A DNA stretch of 64,000 bases from Chloroflexota bacterium (GTDB taxonomy: Bacteria; Chloroflexota; Dehalococcoidia; Lucifugimonadales; UBA3495): positions 16,633-80,632 of the forward strand of contig JAQBUV010000002.1 in NCBI GenBank assembly GCA_027623815.1, written 5' to 3'. This document shows positions 8,895 through 17,745 of this stretch, one piece after another. A program made the translations under genes and the position numbers. How positions within the stretch are numbered: position 1 is the first letter of the stretch; each line of letters begins with the position of its first letter. The notes under the pieces were generated by a model. It was not told the DNA's origin. It saw only the letters and a list, made by a program, of their open reading frames with translations, and searched no databases.

Positions 8895-10244
8895 ATGACT
8901 GACTACAGCAACTACACCGTTTCAATCCATTACGACAAAAGGCTCTACCGTCAGGACATAACTGGCTCGAAAGCTCACGTTCGGATGTTGTCCCAGCAGG
9001 GGATCATTTCTCCGGAAGATGCCGAACAAATTGTCCAGGGTTTGATTGCGGTTCAAGAGGAGATCGAATCGGGAAAATTTCCCTGGGATGCCTCGCTGGA
9101 AGACCTGCACATGAACATTGAGCGGCGGCTGGCCCAGCTAATTGGCCCCACCGCCGGTCGGCTTCACACCGGTCGCTCCCGCAATGACCAGATTGCGCTG
9201 GACCTGCGACTGTACACCAAGGAAGTTATCAAGGATACCCTGGCCAACCTGCGGGGAGTGCAACAGGCTCTGGTGGGACTGTGCGAGCAATACAGCAGCG
9301 TAATCATGCCTGGGTATACTCACTTGCAGCGGGCTCAGCCAGTGCTTTTCTCCCACCATCTGCTGGCCTACTTCCAGATGCTGCAACGCGATGTGGGCAG
9401 ATTCAGCGACTGCTATCGTCGGACCGATGTATTACCCCTGGGCAGTGGTGCGCTGGCCGGGGTGCCCTACCCCACCGACCGCGAGTTCGTCGCGCAACAA
9501 TTGGGGTTCAGTAAAGTCAGCGCCAACAGTATGGACGCTGTATCTGATCGGGATTTTGCTCTGGAGTTCCAATTCGCCGCCGCCACGTGCATGATGCACT
9601 TTTCCAGAATGTCAGAAGAGATTGTAATCTGGTCCAGCCGGGAGTTCGGCTTCATCAGGCTGGCCGACGAATTCACCACCGGCAGCAGCATCATGCCCCA
9701 AAAGCGGAACCCCGACTTTGCCGAGATTGCCCGGGGCAAGACCGGGCGCGTCTACGGTAATTTGATGGGCCTGCTCACGGTGCTGAAAGGTCTGCCCCTA
9801 ACCTATAACCGAGACCTTCAAGAAGACAAGGAAGGGTTCTTTGACACGGTTGATACGCTGTTGGCGACTCTGAAGGTATATCAGGGCATGCTGCCGGGTC
9901 TGACGCTGGATGTCGAACGGGTGAGCAGCCTGTCCGGGGAAAGCTATATGCTGGCGACCGACCTGGCCGATTATCTGGTGGGCCGGGGGGTGCCATTTAG
10001 GGAGGCGCACGGAGTGATGCGCGACTTGTGCCGCTACTGCGAGGAGAGAAGCACCGATTTGCAGTCAATCTCGTTGGATGAATACCGGAAGTTCTCCGCA
10101 TCATTTGAGCAGGACGTTTATCAGATCAGCGCGGCATCGTCGGTGGCCGCTAGAGACAACCCGGGCGGGACTGCGCCCAAGCGAGTGGCGGAAGGGCTGG
10201 AACAAGCCAAACAAATCCTCAGGGATAATACCGATGGCCTCTGA
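8895..10244 (+). CDS. argH: Argininosuccinate lyase
   Basis: 449 aa with 'HTGRSRNDQ', 'GYTHLQRAQP' and the fumarate-lyase signature 'GSSIMPQKRNPD'. Confidence 0.95.
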   Translation: MTDYSNYTVSIHYDKRLYRQDITGSKAHVRMLSQQGIISPEDAEQIVQGLIAVQEEIESGKFPWDASLEDLHMNIERRLAQLIGPTAGRLHTGRSRNDQIALDLRLYTKEVIKDTLANLRGVQQALVGLCEQYSSVIMPGYTHLQRAQPVLFSHHLLAYFQMLQRDVGRFSDCYRRTDVLPLGSGALAGVPYPTDREFVAQQLGFSKVSANSMDAVSDRDFALEFQFAAATCMMHFSRMSEEIVIWSSREFGFIRLADEFTTGSSIMPQKRNPDFAEIARGKTGRVYGNLMGLLTVLKGLPLTYNRDLQEDKEGFFDTVDTLLATLKVYQGMLPGLTLDVERVSSLSGESYMLATDLADYLVGRGVPFREAHGVMRDLCRYCEERSTDLQSISLDEYRKFSASFEQDVYQISAASSVAARDNPGGTAPKRVAEGLEQAKQILRDNTDGL

Positions 10245-10926
10245 GTCGCACATACAGATTGCGCCTTCGGTGCTGGCCGCCGACTTTGCCAGACTGGGCC
10301 AGCAGGTGAAAGACGCGACCGAAGCCGGGGCCGACCTGATTCATGTTGATATAATGGACGGTCGGTTCGTCCCCAACATTTCCTTTGGCGAAGTGGTGGT
10401 GGATGCGGTGCGCCGGTCGACTCACTTGCCGCTGAACATCCACTTGATGATTCAGGAGCCGGACCGTCTGTTGCCCAGTTTCATGAAAGCTGACAGCGAT
10501 CAGATCATTGTCCATGCCGAAGCCTGCGGTCATTTGCATCGCACCGTGTCCTACGTGAAGGAGGCCGGGAGGCAGATTGGAGTGGCCATCAACCCGGGCA
10601 CCCCCGTGTCGGCCATTGAAGAGGTGCTTCAGTTTCTCGACATAGTGCTGGTGATGACGGTGAATCCCGGATATGGCGGCCAATCTTTTATACCGGCGGC
10701 ATTGGACAAGATCAAGCGGTTGCGCCGGATTATTGAGGAGAATGCCTACGCGGCACAAATTGAAGTGGATGGCGGAATCAAAGCTGATCACACGGCGCAG
10801 GATTCAGTGCGCGCCGGATCAACTATTCTGGTGGCGGGAACAGCTATCTTCAACGTTCAAGAATCCGTGTCCCAGGCAATGACCCGGATGCGAACCAGCA
10901 TCCGGGGACTTAACGCCGGAGATTAA
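10234..10926 (+). CDS. rpe: Ribulose-phosphate 3-epimerase
   Basis: 'IAPSVLAADFARLGQQV', 'IHVDIMDGRFVPNISFG' and 'VMTVNPGYGGQSFIP' are all present. I chose the start at ATG 10234 (overlapping the argH stop by 11 nt) because the ORF-track extension back to 10078 lies inside argH. Confidence 0.9.
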   Translation: MASESHIQIAPSVLAADFARLGQQVKDATEAGADLIHVDIMDGRFVPNISFGEVVVDAVRRSTHLPLNIHLMIQEPDRLLPSFMKADSDQIIVHAEACGHLHRTVSYVKEAGRQIGVAINPGTPVSAIEEVLQFLDIVLVMTVNPGYGGQSFIPAALDKIKRLRRIIEENAYAAQIEVDGGIKADHTAQDSVRAGSTILVAGTAIFNVQESVSQAMTRMRTSIRGLNAGD

Positions 10927-11147
10927 CCAGCCGCCGCTCTAATCATCAAGGTACGTGCCTTGACCGCGCGGGGGGGCTTGTTCACGGTACGCAGGCAGCG
11001 GGTGCAAATCTTCACGCGCTGTACCTTGCCCTTGATCAGCAAAGTCTGTTTGTGGACGTTGGCCTTGAACCGAGTCTTGGTGTGGCGGTTGGAGTGGCTA
11101 ACGTTGTTGCCGGACATGCCGGCCTTTAAGCAAATGTCACATCGCAT
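10923..11147 (-). CDS. rpmB: 50S ribosomal protein L28 (bL28), Cys-containing form
   Basis: 'C.IC...GNNVSHSNRHTKTRF.ANV' is the bL28 core. It also has CxxC...CxxC (C3/C6, C48/C51). Confidence 0.85.
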   Translation of the reverse strand: MRCDICLKAGMSGNNVSHSNRHTKTRFKANVHKQTLLIKGKVQRVKICTRCLRTVNKPPRAVKARTLMIRAAAG

Positions 11148-11539
11148 AGCAATTAATCTCGTCGGGAAGTAATTCCAGGCTCATATTTTCGATACTCAGC
11201 CTAACATACAGCGTGGCTGGTGACAAGGATTATTTGGGACGGGTGTGCGTAACATGAACATTAGAAATGCGAAACCGATGGACAATAATGAATGGGCCAG
11301 GGTGAGAAAATCTCCTGGGCCTTCAGAAATTAACCTGGCACCATGCATTCCAAACCATGTGGCCGACTATTCGGGTAGTTGCTTGGCGACATCTCCGGTT
11401 ATTAGCTGTCCGCTTTGACCCACACTGGTATGTTTATTGCGTAAAGCGTTCGGACGTAGCATAATTCCCCTCGGTGCGGGAAAGATGGTTGCCTAGAACT
11501 ATCATCCGGGCCGAAGTTTTGCCAGGTAAGGGTGATTGA

Positions 11540-12121
11540 GTGGATTCCACGGGGCGGCCGAGCAAAGGGTTCATGGGTTATCTAGCCAAAATGAAGGGCG
11601 ATAGCCGGAGAATCATAGAAGATACGCCCTTTATCGAAAAACTGAAGAACTCTTCCTGGGCTTGGCTGGGTTCGTCGTTGGCCATCGGTTTGTGCGCTTA
11701 CTTATCGTCCAGGTTTTTTGAACCGTGGGATACTGCTTTGATTATTGGCTCCTTTGGGGCCTCCGCCGTTCTGGTGTACGGAGTCATCGACAGCCCTCTG
11801 TCTCAGCCGAAAAACCTAGTAGGGGGGCATATGCTCTCCGGTGTCATTGGGGTAGCTTGCTTTCTTTTGCTGGGCACCGGCTGGGCCGCTGCTGCACTGG
11901 CAGTTTCCTTTTCTATAGTCGCCATGATTCTCACGAACACGGTGCATCCGCCGGGAGGGGCCACCGCCCTGATTGCCATTATTGGCGGCGGCCAGGTACA
12001 TCAACTCGGTTTCTGGTATGTGTTGGCACCCGCTGGACTGGGTGCGGTGGTATTGCTGATTGTCGCGTTATTGGTTAATAATCTAGCTCGAGACCGGCGG
12101 TATCCCCAGTATTGGTTTTAA
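11540..12121 (+). CDS. HPP family membrane protein
   Basis: 193 aa with 4-5 TM segments and the eponymous 'NTVHPPGGATALI' motif. The start is a GTG. Confidence 0.8.
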   Translation: MDSTGRPSKGFMGYLAKMKGDSRRIIEDTPFIEKLKNSSWAWLGSSLAIGLCAYLSSRFFEPWDTALIIGSFGASAVLVYGVIDSPLSQPKNLVGGHMLSGVIGVACFLLLGTGWAAAALAVSFSIVAMILTNTVHPPGGATALIAIIGGGQVHQLGFWYVLAPAGLGAVVLLIVALLVNNLARDRRYPQYWF

Positions 12122-12140
12122 ATAGAATTACCTTGAGGAG

Positions 12141-13094
12141 ATGTTTATGCCAGCCCAAATTCCAACCGAAGAGGAAGTTCTCGGTTATTTCAAAAAACTG
12201 TCCAACTGGGGCAGGTGGGGCGACGATGATGAGTTGGGTACGCCCAATCTGATCACTCCAGAAAAGACCAAGCGCGCTCTGGCCACCGTGCAGGAAGGCG
12301 TTTCCGTTTCTCTGGCCCGGGACATTATGTGGGACGCCACCGTCGATGTTCCCAGCCCGCCGGTGCATTACATGGTGGAGAGCGGCGAAGGCTGGGCCAG
12401 CGGCGACAAAGTCACCAGCCGTCCCAACGCCGCCGCTACCGACTACATCGGCATGGTTTTTCATGGTTACGCCGTAACCCACGTCGACAGCCTGGCCCAT
12501 TTTTTCTGGGAAGGCAAAACCTACAACGGCAAACCAGCCCACCTGGTCTCCACCAACCTGGGCGCAACTGTTTGCTCGGTGGTGGCCGCCAAGAATGGCT
12601 TCATCAGCCGGGGCGTGCTGGTGGATGTGCCCATGATTCGCGGCGTAGAGTGGCTGGAGCGTGGTGAAGGTGTTACGCCGGAGGATATCCTGGCGGCAGA
12701 AGAACGCTGCGGCTTTAAGGTCGAGGAAGGCGATATTCTGCTGATTCGCACCGGGCAACTGCATCGGCGCAACGTCGAAGGCCCGGTGGACCGCGCCGCC
12801 GGTTCGACCGCTTGTCAGGCGGCCTGCCTGCCGCTATTTCATGAGCGGGGAATTGCGGTCATGGGTTCGGACACCGGCAATGATGTCAGCCCTGCCCAGT
12901 ATCCCAAGGTGATGCAGCCGATTCACCAGGTGGGTATCACCGCCATGGGCCTGTGGATTCTGGATAATGCCAACCTGGACGATGTGGCGGAGGCTTGCCG
13001 TGAGCGAAACCGCTGGCAGTTCATGGTGTCCATTGGGCCGCTACGACTGCACAACACCACCGGCTCTCCGGTGAACCCCATAGCGGTGTTCTAG
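12141..13094 (+). CDS. Putative cyclase / kynurenine-formamidase-like family protein
   Basis: 317 aa. 'FHGYAVTHVDSLAHFF' resembles the HxGTHxDxPxH metal motif of the cyclase family. The RBS is GAGGAG. Confidence 0.7.
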   Translation: MFMPAQIPTEEEVLGYFKKLSNWGRWGDDDELGTPNLITPEKTKRALATVQEGVSVSLARDIMWDATVDVPSPPVHYMVESGEGWASGDKVTSRPNAAATDYIGMVFHGYAVTHVDSLAHFFWEGKTYNGKPAHLVSTNLGATVCSVVAAKNGFISRGVLVDVPMIRGVEWLERGEGVTPEDILAAEERCGFKVEEGDILLIRTGQLHRRNVEGPVDRAAGSTACQAACLPLFHERGIAVMGSDTGNDVSPAQYPKVMQPIHQVGITAMGLWILDNANLDDVAEACRERNRWQFMVSIGPLRLHNTTGSPVNPIAVF

Positions 13095-13116
13095 CAGCAA
13101 CTTGCACTGAGTGAGC

Positions 13117-13629
13117 CTACCGGGGGTTCCAGTTCTTTACGAAATCACCAATAATCGGGAGATTGTAGCGCTGGCCCTGGTAGGCCTTGACCATCAGGAC
13201 GATCCAAATTATCAGGAATCCGACGCCAAAAAAGAACCAGACTAAAGCAGCCAGTAAACCCGCGATAATTCCACCGATAATGGGCAGGAAAGCCACCACC
13301 GCGAAGAATACGGAAAGCCCTATCCAGATAGCGCAAGTGGCTACGCCAAAGGCTATCGTCTGCTTGGCGTGGAAACGCACGTAATCGTCCTTCTCAACGA
13401 GTAAAAATATGATCCCGGTCACCCAGGTGAAAAGATAGCTCAGAGCCGCGGCAACGTTCGGGTCAATGCCTGACCCGGATTTGGCGGTTGGTGAGCCGGT
13501 TGCTGGCGTGATGGGGGTTAGCGGCGCTCCGCAGTGGACGCACATTACCGCGCCTTTGTTAATTATTTTGGCGCACTCTGGGCATAACCGCTCATTGTCG
13601 GCAAGATTTGGGTCGGGTTGTTCTGTCAT
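13117..13629 (-). CDS. Zinc-ribbon plus DUF4870-like membrane protein
   Basis: It has an N-terminal 'CPECAKIINKGAVMCVHCG' zinc ribbon, then 'AALSYLFTWVTGIIFLLVEKDDYVRFHAKQ' and 3-4 TM helices. Confidence 0.7.
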   Translation of the reverse strand: MTEQPDPNLADNERLCPECAKIINKGAVMCVHCGAPLTPITPATGSPTAKSGSGIDPNVAAALSYLFTWVTGIIFLLVEKDDYVRFHAKQTIAFGVATCAIWIGLSVFFAVVAFLPIIGGIIAGLLAALVWFFFGVGFLIIWIVLMVKAYQGQRYNLPIIGDFVKNWNPR

Positions 13630-13770
13630 TTGGCCCCCTTCTGTCAGACAATTATACGCTCATACCCTAATTTGCCGACCAGGTCAAAAGAATTAGAGGG
13701 TTGTGAGCGATTTCAGTGAGTCCATCTTTACGACGACCGGGGCAGTCTGATCAGGGGATTCATGATGCAA

Positions 13771-13818
13771 CGTTGTCTCTCTCGTTGTCTCTCTCGTTGT
13801 CTCTCTCGTTGTCTCTCT
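13771..13818. repeat. Perfect 12-bp x 4 minisatellite (CGTTGTCTCTCT)
   Basis: There are four identical head-to-tail units at 13771-82, 13783-94, 13795-806 and 13807-18. The array is intergenic. Confidence 0.97.
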
Positions 13819-13851
13819 ACCAAAGCATAGTTGAGGGCACACTGAAAATAA

Positions 13852-15270
13852 TTACCGCATTAATCTGGCCAGCCCTCGAATTATCCGCCCCGAAGTGCCG
13901 GTGAGCATCTGGCCCACTTTAATGTGCAGGGCGGCCTGTTGGCTGGCCATGGAGTAGGTGGGGTAGATGTGCAAAGAGTTGACCAGTTCGCCGATCTTCA
14001 TTCGCCGGTCCATTGCTAGAATCCATTCCTGAATCATCTCGCCGGCCCGACTATTGGCAATGGTGACACCCAGGATAGTGCCGTCGGGCCGGTGGACTAT
14101 TTTGATAAATCCGGCAGTGTCTCCTTCAGTAATCGCCCGGTCTACCCGCTCCATTGGCCAGCTACAGACCACTGCACCGTCTCCGTATTTCTCGGAAGCT
14201 TGAGCCTCGGTCAAACCCACGTGGGCGATTTCTGGGTCGGTGAAGGTGGCTGAGGGCACTCGATCCAGCACCGCCGTGGCCGCGCCGGGCAGCAGGGCGT
14301 TGCGCACCGCCATGAACCCCTGAAATCCGGCGTAATGGGTGAACTGATATCCGCCGGTGCAGTCTCCGGCGGCGTAGATGTGCCGCTGGCTGGTGCGCAG
14401 TTGATCGTTGACCGCTATTCCCCGACTGCTGTACTCGATACCTGCTTGCTCTAAGTCCAGACCATCAACCGTCGGACGGCGACCCACCGACAATAGCAAG
14501 GCATCGCCGGTTAACTCCTGCCCTCCGGCGACGATATGTATCTCCCCATCCTGCTTCCAGATGCGCTGCGCTCGCGAGTTCAGTCGAAACTCGACGCCGT
14601 CTTCGGCCATCTGCTGCTGTATCAGAGCAGAGACTTCGGGTTCTTCCTGGGGCAAAATGCGGGTGTCGTCTTCCAGTAGAGTGACTCCGGCGCCCAGGCG
14701 GCACAAAGCTTGGGCCAGTTCGCAGCCAATGGGGCCGCCACCGATCACCACCAAACGTTTGGGCAGAGATTCCAAGTCCCAGATGCTTTCGTAGGTCAGG
14801 TAATCGACCGAATCCAGGCCATCAATCGGCGGGATGAACGGGTGTGCGCCGGTGGCGATCAAAAATCGGTGGGCGGATAGACGCGCCTCGCCCACTGTAA
14901 TTGTGTGCGGGTCAACAAAACTGGCTTGCCCCAGATGAACGTCCACGCCTTCGGCACGTAGAGCATCCGGGGATTCGGGTTGATAGACCTGATCGACCAC
15001 TGAGCGCACGTGGTCCAACACGGCGCGAATGTCGATCACTGGCTCAGCCGGGCCGACCCCGTACCGGTTGGCGTGGCGCATGTCGTGGGCGACTTTGGCC
15101 GATTTGACCAGGGCCTTGCTGGGCACGCAGCCGGTCCAGGTGCAGTCACCGCCCAGCCGGTCTTTCTCCACCAGGGCGACTTTTTTGCCAAGCTGCACCG
15201 CGAATCCGGCGGCGGTCAACCCGGCGGAGCCCCCGCCGATGATAATCAGGTCGTAGTTCTGGTTCGCCAA
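13852..15270 (-). CDS. Pyridine nucleotide-disulfide oxidoreductase (dihydrolipoyl dehydrogenase / mercuric-reductase-like family)
   Basis: 472 aa with the FAD fold 'IIIGGGSAGLTAA', the redox-active disulfide 'GGDCTWTGCVPSK', the NAD fold 'VVIGGGPIGCELA' and a C-terminal dimerisation 'HIYPTYS'. Confidence 0.85.
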   Translation of the reverse strand: MANQNYDLIIIGGGSAGLTAAGFAVQLGKKVALVEKDRLGGDCTWTGCVPSKALVKSAKVAHDMRHANRYGVGPAEPVIDIRAVLDHVRSVVDQVYQPESPDALRAEGVDVHLGQASFVDPHTITVGEARLSAHRFLIATGAHPFIPPIDGLDSVDYLTYESIWDLESLPKRLVVIGGGPIGCELAQALCRLGAGVTLLEDDTRILPQEEPEVSALIQQQMAEDGVEFRLNSRAQRIWKQDGEIHIVAGGQELTGDALLLSVGRRPTVDGLDLEQAGIEYSSRGIAVNDQLRTSQRHIYAAGDCTGGYQFTHYAGFQGFMAVRNALLPGAATAVLDRVPSATFTDPEIAHVGLTEAQASEKYGDGAVVCSWPMERVDRAITEGDTAGFIKIVHRPDGTILGVTIANSRAGEMIQEWILAMDRRMKIGELVNSLHIYPTYSMASQQAALHIKVGQMLTGTSGRIIRGLARLMR

Positions 15271-15415
15271 ACTATGCTCTCCTGTCCTTGCGGGTAGTCT
15301 GCGCTTGTGCAGCGCATATCATTGTAGGTCGGTACGGCCAGATATTCTCAGTAGTATGATGTGCCGGAGATTAGCCAGGTGCTAATGTAGCTAGATATAC
15401 ACCACCCGGTGCCGT

Positions 15416-15424
15416 TGGTATAAT
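15416..15424 (+). promoter_or_regulatory. Candidate extended -10 promoter element (TGGTATAAT)
   Basis: TGnTATAAT lies 37 nt upstream of the ATG at 15461. I saw no clear -35. Confidence 0.35.
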
Positions 15425-15460
15425 CCCGCCAAGCAAATTACCGACAGGAGAACGTTCATC

Positions 15461-16360
15461 ATGCCTGAAGATTTGTCGAATATTCTTGAATCCACCGAAC
15501 CGGAACTGCTAGACGGCAACCAGGATCATACCGAAGGCCCGCTGTGGCATCGCGATGGCTACCTGACCTTTGTCAGCATTGCTCGCAGTCAGTTGGTGCG
15601 CTGGGACCCAGCAAAGAAGGTTTCCACCATTGCTCGGGAGGAGACCGGCGGCGGCAATGGCTGTACGCTTGATCGCCAGGGCAACCTGATCATGTGCGAA
15701 AGTGACCGTCGGTGTATCACCCGGATGGACGCCAGCGGCAAGGTGACCATCATCGCCGACCGCTGGCAGGGGAAGCGGTTCCACAAGCCCAACGATGTTA
15801 TCTGCCGTTCCGATGGCAGTATCTACTTCACCGATCCTTCCCTGCGCCTGGAGCCAGCGCTGCGGGAGATGGACGTTGCCGGAGTATACCGCATCGACCC
15901 GCAAGGACAGTTGCACCTGGCCACCGACCAGTGCGTCTACCCCAACGGGCTGGCCCTGTCGCCCGACGAGTCTATTTTGTACGTGGCCATCAGTAGGGCT
16001 GAGGAAGCCGACTTTGAGCGCGAGGCCAAGGGCGAGTTCTGCCCCAACCGCCGCCTGCTGGCCTTTGATGTCGCGCCAGATGGTTCATTGGGCGATAGCC
16101 GCGTTTTCATCGACATGGCTTCGGCTGAACCGGGCGTGCCCGACGGCATGAAGGTGGACACTGCTGGGCGCGTGTTCGCCAGTGGCTCCGGCGGTATCTG
16201 GGTCATTTCTCCCCAGGGAGAGAAGTTGGGGGTGATTAGAGTACCGGATGGCGCTCGCAACGTGGCCTTTGGCGGGACGGATATGCGCACTTTGTACATC
16301 ACCGGCGGGAATTCGCTGTACAGTCTGCGGGTAAAGACGCCGGGAATTGGGGCGTTCTAA
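15461..16360 (+). CDS. SMP-30/gluconolactonase/LRE family protein
   Basis: 299 aa with 'EGPLWH', 'PNDVICRSDGSIYFTDP', 'PNGLALSPDESILYVA' and 'PDGMKVDTAGRVF', the six-bladed propeller lactonase motifs. Confidence 0.85.
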   Translation: MPEDLSNILESTEPELLDGNQDHTEGPLWHRDGYLTFVSIARSQLVRWDPAKKVSTIAREETGGGNGCTLDRQGNLIMCESDRRCITRMDASGKVTIIADRWQGKRFHKPNDVICRSDGSIYFTDPSLRLEPALREMDVAGVYRIDPQGQLHLATDQCVYPNGLALSPDESILYVAISRAEEADFEREAKGEFCPNRRLLAFDVAPDGSLGDSRVFIDMASAEPGVPDGMKVDTAGRVFASGSGGIWVISPQGEKLGVIRVPDGARNVAFGGTDMRTLYITGGNSLYSLRVKTPGIGAF

Positions 16361-16383
16361 CCAATTCTAATCATGGAGGATCA

Positions 16384-16575
16384 ATGGAAGATTCTCCAGA
16401 ACCGCAGAAAGGGAGAAAGGATACCCACAAGTACATCGGCAAGTACATAGGAGTGGGAATCGCTTTAGGGGTGGCCTTTGGGGCGGCTGTTGACAACATT
16501 GGCCTTGGGATAGCCCTCGGCCTAGCAATTGGTGCGGCTTGGGGACAGAGGGCAAAGTCCAAGGGGGATGAGTAG
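16384..16575 (+). CDS. Small glycine-zipper membrane protein (63 aa)
   Basis: 'GVGIALGVAFGAAVDNIGLGIALGLAIGAAWG' gives GxxxG repeats. GGAGGA sits just upstream, but the spacing to the start is short. Confidence 0.4.
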   Translation: MEDSPEPQKGRKDTHKYIGKYIGVGIALGVAFGAAVDNIGLGIALGLAIGAAWGQRAKSKGDE

Positions 16576-16663
16576 TGCGACAACTGATCCACCGCCACTA
16601 TCGAATTGACCAGCGAACGTTTTACTGCAATAATCGCACCAGCCTAACGAGGAGGAATAAGCT

Positions 16664-17581
16664 ATGACTACAACTACTACTGTCGGCAGCGGTAAATATA
16701 CCTATGAGATGCACACCGACTGGGCCAAGCCACCCGCGGGTCAGGCGATGCCAGCGGCGGCGGTGTACGGCGATTCCCAAGACCATGTCTACTGCTTCAA
16801 TCGAAACCTGGACCATCCGGTTCAGATTTTTGACCGGGAAGGCAACTATCTGAACTCCTGGGGCGCGGGAATTTTCGCCTTTCCCCACGCCATCATCGTG
16901 GACAAGAACGACGATGTTTGGGTGGTGGAGCGCAACCACGGCCAGATCATGAAGTTCACCAAAGAGGGCAAGCTGCTCCAGACCATTGGCGAGAAGGGAT
17001 TCCGCTCGGATACCGGCGCCGACAACACCGACTTCGGCTCCAACGGCTGGTCGCTGGTGACCCACGGCGGCGACCCCTTCAACATGCCGGCGGGCATCGC
17101 GGTCAACGACGCTGGCGAGATTTTCATCGCCGACGGCTACGCCAACGCTAGGGTGCACAAGTTTGCGCCGGACGGCACGCTGATCAAGTCCTGGGGCGGC
17201 CCTGGCTCCGGCCCCGGACAATTCAACCTGCCTCATGGCTGCTGGATCGACCGGAAAGGGCGTCTGTTCATCGCCGACCGGGAGAACGACCGGGTGCAGG
17301 TCTTCGACCAGGAAGGCGCGCATCTGGCCACCTGGCCCAGCAAGCTGATTGGCCCGGCGGTGATCTACGTCGATGACGACGACATTGTCTACGTCGCTGA
17401 GCACAACGGGGGGCTGGTCAGCATCCTGACTCTGGAAGGGGAGATGCTGACCCAATGGGGTTCGCTGACCCACCGATCCTGCCACGGCATCTGGGTGGAC
17501 TCGCATAAAGACATCTACGTTGTGGAGCCTTACGAGGGCAGCACGGGCCGAACCGTGGTGAAGTTCGCCCACAAAGGCTAG
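16664..17581 (+). CDS. NHL-repeat beta-propeller protein (peptidyl-alpha-hydroxyglycine amidating-lyase-like)
   Basis: 305 aa with repeated NHL units, e.g. 'GQFNLPHGCWIDRKGRLFIADRENDRVQVFDQEG' and 'PAGIAVNDAGEIFIADGYANARVHKF'. The RBS is GAGGAGG. Confidence 0.75.
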   Translation: MTTTTTVGSGKYTYEMHTDWAKPPAGQAMPAAAVYGDSQDHVYCFNRNLDHPVQIFDREGNYLNSWGAGIFAFPHAIIVDKNDDVWVVERNHGQIMKFTKEGKLLQTIGEKGFRSDTGADNTDFGSNGWSLVTHGGDPFNMPAGIAVNDAGEIFIADGYANARVHKFAPDGTLIKSWGGPGSGPGQFNLPHGCWIDRKGRLFIADRENDRVQVFDQEGAHLATWPSKLIGPAVIYVDDDDIVYVAEHNGGLVSILTLEGEMLTQWGSLTHRSCHGIWVDSHKDIYVVEPYEGSTGRTVVKFAHKG

Positions 17582-17621
17582 ATTGCCTATTGCGCGCCAG
17601 CTATGGTTTTGGTATATTTAT

Positions 17622-17654
17622 GGAGCGGTGCCTGCGGGCACCGCTCCTCTTTGT
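17622..17654 (+). terminator. Rho-independent terminator after the NHL-repeat gene
   Basis: An 11-bp perfect stem GGAGCGGTGCC / GGCACCGCTCC with loop TGCG is followed by TCTTTGT. Confidence 0.75.
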
Positions 17655-17656
17655 GG

Positions 17657-17730
17657 GGGGCTGTAGCTCATTTGGGAGAGCGCCCCGATTACATCGGGGA
17701 GGATGAGGGCTTGGGCCACCAGGCTCTCGG
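17657..17730 (+). pseudogene. Degenerate tRNA-like sequence (intact Val-UAC-type anticodon arm, broken T-arm and acceptor 3' strand)
   Basis: The first 27 nt (GGGGCTGTAGCTCATTTGGGAGAGCGC) are identical to the 5' end of the adjacent tRNA-Ala. The anticodon arm CCCCG-ATTACAT-CGGGG is intact. The region that should be the T-arm reads GAGGGCTTGGGCCACCAGGCTCTC, which forms a 10-bp hairpin with a GCCA loop. No 3' strand complementary to GGGGCTG is present. Confidence 0.5.
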
Positions 17731-17745
17731 CAAAAAACAAATCGT

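Noticed and set aside
8656-8898. 80-aa ORF overlapping the 8631-8870 ORF in another frame
   Set aside because: Its Cys/Arg/Ser/Pro-rich composition and lack of an RBS make it less plausible than the overlapping helical ORF. Both remain low-confidence.
10078-10233. Extended 5' part of the rpe ORF
   Set aside because: It lies inside argH, and the conserved Rpe N-terminus begins at the ATG at 10234.
11148-11539. 392-nt intergenic region between divergent rpmB and the HPP gene, as a possible ncRNA or small-protein locus (for example the 50-codon ORF from 11254)
   Set aside because: I could identify no recognisable RNA family motif, no strong hairpin/terminator pair and no RBS for the small ORF. 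It is most simply a divergent promoter region.
13716-13904. 62-aa ORF translating the 12-bp repeat as 'LSLSLSLSLSLSL', and the idea that the repeat is a CRISPR array
   Set aside because: The ORF is an artefact of the repeat. The units are contiguous with no spacers and are only 12 bp long, so this is a minisatellite, not CRISPR.
16622-17572. 316-aa minus-strand ORF opposite the NHL-repeat gene
   Set aside because: The plus-strand product has clear repeated NHL units. The antisense product is a featureless Val/Gly/Arg/His-rich string.
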